NCBI GenBank assembly: GCA_963840885.1
Contig: CAWJAN010000005.1
Location: 12,887-76,886 of the forward strand
Length of the DNA stretch: 64,000 bases
Source of the DNA: an uncultured bacterium
GTDB lineage: Bacteria > Patescibacteriota > Minisyncoccia > Phycocordibacterales > GWA1-40-21
Direction of reading: 5' to 3'
Below, piece after piece: positions 19,652 to 28,100 of the stretch. The notes below the pieces were generated by a model. That model saw nothing but the letters and a program-made list of their open reading frames with translations, did not search any database and had not been told where the DNA came from. The position numbers and the translations under genes are program-made. Every line of letters begins with the position of its first letter. The stretch's first letter is position 1.

Positions 19652-21229
19652 ATGAGAAGCATTCTATATCACACTAAGCATTTCATAAAAAACAATAAGT
19701 GGTGGTCGGCTTTGATAGCCATCGTCCTTCTTATAGTAATCTATTTCGTTTTCGTTAAAAAACCTGCAAGCACCATAGGAAGCACCGTTACCGTAGAAAG
19801 CAGGAATATAACAGAAGAGGTGAGTGCGACCGGAAACGTCAAGCCGCTCTCCGATATAAGCATGGCTTTTGAAACCGGGGGCAAAGTTTCCGACATCGCC
19901 GTTTCAATAGGAGACAAAGTATCGGCCGGGCAATATCTGGCTTCGGTATCTAATTCTGACCTTTCCGCCGCAGTAGACCAGGCGAAAGCGAGCTTGAGTG
20001 CGGCAGAAGCCGACCTTGCAATACTGAAAAACGGCTCAACCCCTCAGCAAATAGCCGTGAGCCAATCACAAGAACAAGAAGCTCTCGGAAATTTTAATCA
20101 GGCAAAAAGTGCTCTTATAAACTCGATACAAGACGCATACACAAAATCGGATGATGCCGTAAGGAACAAGGCTGATTCCATGTTCGATAATCCAAGAAGC
20201 TCGACTCCGAAGCTAAGCTTTGACACGACGAATTCACAGCTGTCTATAAATGTAGATTTGGAGAGGGAAAATATCGAGAATACCCTTTTAGACTGGAACA
20301 ATTCCTCAGTAAATCTTACTCCTGATTCGGATTTGCAGTCTGCTGCGGATATCGCAAATCAAAACCTAGACTTGATCAAAAATTTCCTGAACGACGTGAA
20401 TCTTTCGCTTAACAGCGCCGTCATAAGTTCTTCCGTCACTGAAGACGTCATAAGCAGCTGGCAGGCAAGCATAGCAACGGCAAGGACAAACATAGCGCTT
20501 GCAATAAGCAATATGTCTTCGGCTTCAACCCAATACAATTCCATGGAATCACTTTTGAAAGTCGCGGAAGATCAGCTTACTCTCACAAAAGCTCCCGCCA
20601 CAGACAACCAGATAAAAGCTCAGCAAGCGTTAGTGGACCAGGCAGCGGCTAATGTTGAAAATGCAAAAGCAAAACTTGAAAAAACAATCATACGTTCTCC
20701 TATAGACGGAACCATTTCCAGAGTCGATACCGATGTCGGGGAAACGGTACAAAGCGGGGTAAATGTGATTTCTGTTATTTCTTACGGCGAATACGAAGTG
20801 GAGGCTTTTATTCCGGAAGCGGATATAGCTAAAGTAAAGATAGGCGATGTGGCTACTACAACGCTTGATGCTTATGGTTCGGATACTTTTTTCCAGATGA
20901 CAGTAATAAAAATAGATCCGGCGGAAACAGTCATAGAAGGCGTCCCTACATATAAGGTGACTTTGAAATTCGCATCAGATGACAGCAGGATAAAATCTGG
21001 TATGACAGCAAACCTCGACATACTTACAGGGCAAAAATATGGCGTGCTTGCGGTGCCAGCAAGATCAGTTTATTCTGTCGATACCCAAAAATACGCGCAG
21101 CTGGTGGATTCTGAAAATAAAATCGCTGATGTTCCGGTTCAAACTGGTATGCGCGGAGTCGACGGATACATAGAAATCATTTCCGGTTTAAAGGAGGGAG
21201 ATACAATTGTAGGATCTCCGAATATCTAA
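19652..21229 (+). CDS. Efflux RND/MacA-family periplasmic adaptor with long coiled coil
   Basis: N-terminal TM, FETGGKV..I.V..GD.V, IRSPIDGTI, IKSGMTAN, EIISGL.EG. Confidence 0.9.
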   Translation: MRSILYHTKHFIKNNKWWSALIAIVLLIVIYFVFVKKPASTIGSTVTVESRNITEEVSATGNVKPLSDISMAFETGGKVSDIAVSIGDKVSAGQYLASVSNSDLSAAVDQAKASLSAAEADLAILKNGSTPQQIAVSQSQEQEALGNFNQAKSALINSIQDAYTKSDDAVRNKADSMFDNPRSSTPKLSFDTTNSQLSINVDLERENIENTLLDWNNSSVNLTPDSDLQSAADIANQNLDLIKNFLNDVNLSLNSAVISSSVTEDVISSWQASIATARTNIALAISNMSSASTQYNSMESLLKVAEDQLTLTKAPATDNQIKAQQALVDQAAANVENAKAKLEKTIIRSPIDGTISRVDTDVGETVQSGVNVISVISYGEYEVEAFIPEADIAKVKIGDVATTTLDAYGSDTFFQMTVIKIDPAETVIEGVPTYKVTLKFASDDSRIKSGMTANLDILTGQKYGVLAVPARSVYSVDTQKYAQLVDSENKIADVPVQTGMRGVDGYIEIISGLKEGDTIVGSPNI

Positions 21230-21233
21230 AGCA

Positions 21234-21953
21234 GTGGCTCTCATAGAGGTAAAAAATCTTTCCAAAGTCTACGATAATGAGGGCGTAAAAACCGACGCTC
21301 TTCACGATATAAACTTGAATGTAGAAAAAGGCGAGTTTCTTGCGATTATGGGCCCGTCCGGTTCCGGCAAATCGACATTGCTGCAGATACTCGGCCTTTT
21401 GGACAATCATACGCATGGCACATATCATTTCGCCGACAAAAACGTAAAGCTTTACGATGAAAATGAAATCGCAAAGATAAGGAATCAAAAAATGGGATTT
21501 GTTTTTCAGGCATTCAACCTGCTTCCGCATCTGACACTCATAGAAAACGTTAAGATGCCTCTTTTGTATTCTGATAAGCCGGAACATGAATGGGATAAGC
21601 GCGCGGAAGACGCTCTTATATCAGTAGGCCTCGGACACAGGCTCACTCATCAGGCATTCCAGCTATCAGGAGGAGAAAAACAGCGCGTAGCTATAGCTCG
21701 CGCCCTGGTTAACGATCCTGAAGTTATTTTTGCCGATGAGCCTACCGGAAACCTGGATTCAAAATCAGGACAAGCCGTCATAGAGATAATAGAAAAGCTC
21801 AATTCTGAGATGGGACATACGATAATTCTGATAACTCACGAAACGTATACCGCAGAATATGCCCAAAGGATAGTTAAGCTTCTTGACGGACAGATAGAAA
21901 GCGACCATAAGGTGAAAAACAGAAAAACTAGCCGTGATCATTTTATAAAATAA
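21234..21953 (+). CDS. ABC transporter ATP-binding protein
   Basis: [26 protein letters not shown]. Confidence 0.95.
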   Translation: MALIEVKNLSKVYDNEGVKTDALHDINLNVEKGEFLAIMGPSGSGKSTLLQILGLLDNHTHGTYHFADKNVKLYDENEIAKIRNQKMGFVFQAFNLLPHLTLIENVKMPLLYSDKPEHEWDKRAEDALISVGLGHRLTHQAFQLSGGEKQRVAIARALVNDPEVIFADEPTGNLDSKSGQAVIEIIEKLNSEMGHTIILITHETYTAEYAQRIVKLLDGQIESDHKVKNRKTSRDHFIK

Positions 21954-23191
21954 TGAAATTAAGACATAGCATCAAAACAGCGACCGAAGGGCTAATGACG
22001 CACAAATCTCGTTCCGCTCTTACTATTATAGGAATCGTAATCGGCATAACCTCGATAATCCTTGTCATGTCTCTAGGCCAAGGAGCGCAAAATCTGATTC
22101 TTGGAGAAGTAAACGGGCTTGGAGCAACGACTATAGCCGTGATACCTGGAAAAATTTCAAGCGGACCGTCCAGCTTCGCAACAACGCTTTCCGATTCTCT
22201 GAAGCAAAAAGATCTTACCGCTATAGAAACAAAAACAAATGTCCCGTATGCGACCCGCGTCATGCCCGTAATGATAAGCGGCGCAAATGCCGTATATGGA
22301 AATAAGGTTTATCAAGTCGGATTATTCGGCGGAACGCAGCTGATGCAACAGATTTTCAATATTACCGTTGGCAGGGGAGATTTTTTTACCGATGACGATG
22401 TTTTAAGCAATCAGGCCGTTGCGATAATAGGAAATGACGTGAAAGACCATTTATTCGACGGTGAAGATCCTCTTGGTCAGAAAATCAGGATAAACAATAC
22501 GACTTTCAAGATTATCGGAGTATTGCCTGCAAAAGGGCAGTCCGGTTTCGTAAATTTTGACAGCGGAGTTATTATGCCGTACACGACCGCCCAGCAATAC
22601 GTACTCGGCGTAAAATATTTCAGCCGTATTATTGTTGAGGCCGACTCGCAAGATCATATACAGGCTACAGCAGAAGATATAACCAATACATTGAGAAATT
22701 CTCATAATATTACCGATCCTGCAAATGATGATTTCACCGTAGAGACTCAGGCGGATATAGCTTCAACGCTAAATACCGTAACGACAGCCCTGACTGCATT
22801 CCTTGCGGCAGTTGCAGCCATATCCCTTATAGTGGGCGGAATAGGGATCATGAATATAATGCTCGTATCGGTTACAGAAAGAACGAGGGAAATCGGCCTA
22901 AGAAAAGCTCTAGGGGCAACAAACCATGACATACTGGTACAATTTCTTCTTGAAGCTGTAATGCTTACCGGCTCCGGAGGAATAATTGGGATTATTTTGG
23001 GAGGTTCATTATCTTTCATAATATCTCTCATACTTAAAAACGCACTCGGCCTGAATTGGCAGTTTGTTTTTCCTTGGAGCGCAGCCGTCCTCGGTATTGT
23101 TGTTGCAAGCCTTGTAGGACTTGTTTTCGGAATCTATCCGGCACGGCAGGCATCAAGAAGAAGCCCTATGGAAGCCCTGAGATACGAATAA
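21953..23191 (+). CDS. ABC transporter permease (MacB family)
   Basis: LTIIGIVIGI, VTERTREIGLRKALGA, PMEALRYE. Confidence 0.95.
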   Translation: MKLRHSIKTATEGLMTHKSRSALTIIGIVIGITSIILVMSLGQGAQNLILGEVNGLGATTIAVIPGKISSGPSSFATTLSDSLKQKDLTAIETKTNVPYATRVMPVMISGANAVYGNKVYQVGLFGGTQLMQQIFNITVGRGDFFTDDDVLSNQAVAIIGNDVKDHLFDGEDPLGQKIRINNTTFKIIGVLPAKGQSGFVNFDSGVIMPYTTAQQYVLGVKYFSRIIVEADSQDHIQATAEDITNTLRNSHNITDPANDDFTVETQADIASTLNTVTTALTAFLAAVAAISLIVGGIGIMNIMLVSVTERTREIGLRKALGATNHDILVQFLLEAVMLTGSGGIIGIILGGSLSFIISLILKNALGLNWQFVFPWSAAVLGIVVASLVGLVFGIYPARQASRRSPMEALRYE

Positions 23192-23233
23192 TAAGCTTTA
23201 CACTTTTAAAATTTAATTTATACTTTAAAGACT

Positions 23234-23464
23234 ATGGGATTCTTCAAAAATTTAATGCTTAAGCAAGCGCTCAAAACGCAAGCGAAAGATATGCCGCCTG
23301 AACAAAAAGATAAGCTCATGGCCGCATTCGAAAAAGATCCGGCATTCTTCGAAAATATAGAAAAACAGATAAAAATGCGAATGAAGCAGGGGAAAGGGCA
23401 GTTCGAAGCTTCAATGGAAGTAATGAAAGAAAATCAGGATAAGCTAAGAAAATTGATGCAATAG
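23234..23464 (+). CDS. Small helical hypothetical protein
   Basis: Clean 76-aa ORF followed by a terminator. Confidence 0.7.
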   Translation: MGFFKNLMLKQALKTQAKDMPPEQKDKLMAAFEKDPAFFENIEKQIKMRMKQGKGQFEASMEVMKENQDKLRKLMQ

Positions 23465-23488
23465 ATATATAAATTTAGACAAAAAAAT

Positions 23489-23518
23489 AAGGCCGTCTCT
23501 TTTGGAGACGGCCTTTTT
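23489..23518. terminator. Bidirectional terminator
   Basis: aaggccgtctc-ttttg-gagacggccttttt. Confidence 0.8.
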
Positions 23519-23535
23519 GAATCTTGAAACTACTA

Positions 23536-24546
23536 CTAAGGCCTTATTACGAGGCCGGCGTTCACGGAGAATTCCGCAAACGTCGAGGTGTCGACTGTGA
23601 AGGGAATACTGGTCACGCTCCCGAGCTTATACAGCTCTCCTGAAAACGTGAACCCGAATCCGTCCGTGATGGGAAAAATTGATCCCAACTCGAACACTAT
23701 CGAGCTTGCCGTATCCGTGTGAGGGAACGGTGTCCCACCGATCATCAACTTATTGTCGATACCAGCGAACTTCACGCCGAGTCCCGCGTAAGGAAGCCAA
23801 TGTTCATCCTTAACCGGATAAACCTTGGCCATAAGCTCCCATGAATCAGTGATTCCCACAGTTCCGATTGATGCCCCGTAAACTTTCTTTTCGAGGGACG
23901 TATTTCCGGAATCATGAGAGACCATCAGGCCGACCTTGCCGGCAATGATTCCTTCAACCGAGAACTTCTGGCCTACATTGCTCGAGCTAGTCGTGGAAAA
24001 TCCTTGCGGATCTTCCGACTGACTTCCAAAGCTTGCTGCCACTTGTTCCCAACTGAACTGAAACCATCTGTCGCTGAACTTCCGATCAACCGATTTCTCT
24101 TTCACCAATTTTGTCGGTGAAGGAGTCGGGCTTGCCGTCGGTGAAACTTTCGCTTCGACGACAATAATCGTTCGCGATTCCTTGAGGACCTCGTTGTTCC
24201 GAGTCGTCTTCGTGTACACGATGGTGAACATTCCGATCTTGGACGTATCGATCATGTTGATCGCTACGAGCTTGATCGGTCCGTCAACATCGCGCGGTCC
24301 GTGAGCAATCGCGCCTGGATCTACATACACTGAACCTTTCATCACAGTCACCGGATTCTGCCCGATGATCTCGATGTAAAATGGAAACAGCTTTTTCTTG
24401 TGCTTCACGATCTTCTTGTGAGTGCTTTTGGCACTCGCTGAAGTCGTGTCTTTGTAGGGCGGCGCTTCATAAGCATTCGCCGCCCTCGCAATCGAAAAGC
24501 TGAACCAGAACAGCATCATGGTGATGAGAAACGTAAGCTTCTTCAT
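23536..24546 (-). CDS. Secreted protein: DUF5011-type Ig domain + P/T linker + outer-membrane beta-barrel-like domain
   Basis: Signal peptide; IIGQNPVTV..GSVYVDPGA..; eight amphipathic strands including LPYAGLGVKF and EFSVNAGLVIRP. Confidence 0.6.
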   Translation of the reverse strand: MKKLTFLITMMLFWFSFSIARAANAYEAPPYKDTTSASAKSTHKKIVKHKKKLFPFYIEIIGQNPVTVMKGSVYVDPGAIAHGPRDVDGPIKLVAINMIDTSKIGMFTIVYTKTTRNNEVLKESRTIIVVEAKVSPTASPTPSPTKLVKEKSVDRKFSDRWFQFSWEQVAASFGSQSEDPQGFSTTSSSNVGQKFSVEGIIAGKVGLMVSHDSGNTSLEKKVYGASIGTVGITDSWELMAKVYPVKDEHWLPYAGLGVKFAGIDNKLMIGGTPFPHTDTASSIVFELGSIFPITDGFGFTFSGELYKLGSVTSIPFTVDTSTFAEFSVNAGLVIRP

Positions 24547-25121
24547 CTTGTACCTTCCTTCTTCCGGATTTTATCCGGAAAATTATTTAGTAGATTTTCA
24601 AAAAATTCAATTCGGTGAGACAAGAATCTTGCTTCACCATTGAAAAACTCCGTTCATAATAATAAACCATATATAAAAAATGTCAAGAGAGATTATGCAT
24701 GAAGGTATTATGATATTAGGGTAATAATTTATACTTTAAAGAAATATTAAATATATAAGACAAATGACAAAAACCCTTAAAGGACAAGGTATAATCTGTG
24801 TCCTTTATGAAAAATGTCCTTTACTACAAATATTGGACTTACTATTAAACTAAAATGACGGCCTGCCGTTATCCTTGTAAGACCAGCCATGCGTAGGAAC
24901 TTGACGAAATTAAAAAAGTATTTGACAAATAAAATAAACGTGCTAATCTCATCTTTAAGCGGTTCTATATTCAGATAACAATCTAATCGATTATTTTGTT
25001 CTTTCACCTACTTGTTTTCTCGTGCGTTAAAAGGTTTTTCTAGGTTAGTTTTATTAAAAACACATCAAGTCGAAATCACTTATCCTTATAGGGATAAGTG
25101 TAAGTTTTTGCTTTTCAAGTT

Positions 25122-28100
25122 ATGACTACAAACAAAAGAAACATCATCAAAATGCTCAGCAACGTATTCATCGTTGTCCTTTTTGCTGTTTCTTTTTCTT
25201 CCGTAGCATATGCTGATTACTCAACCACGACCGTCTTAAACACAAGCGGGTCATTTGTAGTTCCGCAAGGAGTTACTGGGTTGACCTTTAGCGTTGTTGG
25301 CGGAGGAGGAGGAGGCGGCGGAGGAGCATTCACGTTCGCAGGCGGAGGAGGAGGATCGGCTTCTGCCATTTTAAATACAAATATCTCTGTAACACCAGGA
25401 CAGACGATTTCTTACACTGTAGGAAACGGCGGTAATGGCGGATACGGAGGCTCAATGCAATTTGCCGGAGGCAATGGAACAAATGGAGGTTCAACTTCAT
25501 TCGGTTCCACGACAGTATCCGGAGGATTCGGAGGCCAAGGTGCAGCTTATGGAAATCCATCAAGCGGCATCGGCGGACTTGCGGGAGGCATTGGAGGATC
25601 CAACGGAACAAACGGAGACACATTCTTTGGCCAGAGAGTCAAAGGTGGAAACGGGGGTTCTAACGCACTCGGAACGGCGGGAGTCGGAGGTTCCGGTAAT
25701 TCTTCATCGTATGTTCTTGCAACCGCAGGAACGAACGGTGCGGGAGGGGGAGGAGCAAGCGGATGGCAGTTCAACTCAAATGGCACAGCTGATGCTGGCG
25801 CCACTGGAGGAAACGGCTCAATCGTTGTTTCTTACTATGCAGATCTTACTGCCCCTGTAATTACAATTTTAGGATCAAATCCTGAAACAATAACAGTTGG
25901 CACTCCATACGCTGATGCCGGAGCTATAGCTCTCGACAATATCGATGGAACGACAACAGTCGCAACTGTTTCAAACAATGTTGATATAAACACTGTTGGA
26001 ACATACGAAGTTGTTTACTCTGCTACAGATACAGCAGGAAACAATTCAATGGCAACAAGGACGGTTAATGTTATCGCTGCTCCTGACACCATTGCACCTG
26101 TTATTACTATCCTGGGTTCTAATCCGGCAACCACAACCGTGGGATCAACATACGTTGATGCCGGAGCTACAGCCTTCGATAATGTCGACGGTACAACTAC
26201 TGTAAACATCGCCTCAAACGATGTAGACACAAATGCAACAGGAACATATTCTGTTGTTTATACTTCGACAGATTCTTCAGGAAACACGGCCACAGCAACA
26301 AGAGTTGTTATTGTGGGCGTAGCATCTCCAGTAGATACTACTGCTCCAACAGCACCTCTTATTTCAACGACAACGGCCGCAACCGGAACAATAACCCTCT
26401 CTGAGGATATTGCCTGGTTTGATTCAACTGATTTGGAATCCGGTGTAGCTTATTATCTCTATCTTTGGGATAACTCAAGCGCAACCGTGCTTTCAACTAC
26501 GACCGCGGGAGTCTCGACGACAACTTCGACAACTACCAACTTAACGGCATTTGGAACATATTGGTTCCATGTCGCAGCTGTTGATAATGCCGGAAACGTG
26601 TCCTTGACGACAACTTACGGTCCATTTCTGATTTCTGATTCAAATGTCCTTTATGTAAATTCAACCATCGGAGGAACACTTTACTCATTGTTTTCGCCAT
26701 CTCTTGCCGAAGCTGCAATAGCTTCTACGACAGGCGCAACAACAATAGTAAATTCGAGCATTTCCGTATGGTGGGACATAAACGATTCAAACGTAATAAA
26801 TACAACAGTAAACGATGTGGCGATGAACTTGGTTGATGCGACAAATTCAACACTTATCAATGACGATATCGGAAACTGCCAGATCATAAATTCTGACGTT
26901 GAAAATTATTACTTGAGAAATTGCTACGTGGCATTCTCTGTGCTTGATCCATCCACACTCTACTCGTTCACAAATTCAACGAGCACGAACTCACAGATCT
27001 ATGCTTCAAATATCGACAGTTCAACAATCGATCATTCATACGTGGCGACTTCGACTATCGGCAATTCGAACATTTCATTCTCGACAACGACTGATTCGAC
27101 CGTCGCTTCATCAACGATAAGCAACGGTTCGATTATTTCTTCTTCAACAGTGGAAATAAGCACTGTCGATAATTCAAATGTATCGTCTTCAACAGTAAGC
27201 ACGAGTACCGTCACCGATTCTTCAATAGTAAATTCTACATTTACGAACTCGGCTTCGGACAATTCAACAACGACTGATTCGGCTGTTGATACATCATCGC
27301 TTACAAATTCAACCGTAAGCTCAAGCTCCGCTACAAATTCGACGATAACCGATTCAACGCTTACAAACAGCACCTCGACTGATTCGACGATAACATCTTC
27401 GAATCTCGACACAGTTGTCGTTGCAAGCTCGACGATAGCAAGCTCGACGATAGCAGATGCAACAATTACCGATGCGATAATAATCGACAATACTATCTAC
27501 AGCGGCACGATCACATATAACGGAACAACAACCGTCATATCTACATCGACTCCGCTCGGAAGCCTTATCGAATATGCGCCGGTAGCAGCATTCTCTGTCG
27601 CTACAAGCAATCTTCAGATGAACATCACGGACAATACCGTCGACCTTAACAGCGGAACGGTATTTCCTGACAGCTGGACATATATGTGGGATTTCGGAGA
27701 CGGAACCTCGACAACAGTCCTTGCATCAACAACCGGACAAAACATATCTTATACGTACGCAACAAGCGGAACATATACGGTATCTTTGACCGTTACTGAC
27801 GGATACGGAAAAGTTTCCACGACTTCAAGCCAGGTAACCATAGTAAATAATCCTGATACGATTGCTCCAGTAATTACGATTCTCGGATCAAATCCGGACA
27901 GCGTAGTTGCTGGAACAACTTACACCGATGCAGGCGCAACAGCATTCGACAATGTAGACGGAACCACAACAGTGGCAACCATCTCTAACAATGTTGATAC
28001 TTTGACTCTCGGAACATACCAGGTTGTTTACTCGGCTACTGACACGGCAGGAAACAATGCGACAGCTACAAGAACTGTAAATGTAGTTTCTGCTCCGGAC

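Noticed and set aside
24777-25007. 76-aa minus-strand ORF in the adhesin upstream region
   Set aside because: No SD or recognisable motif, and it overlaps promoter-like elements; probably spurious.
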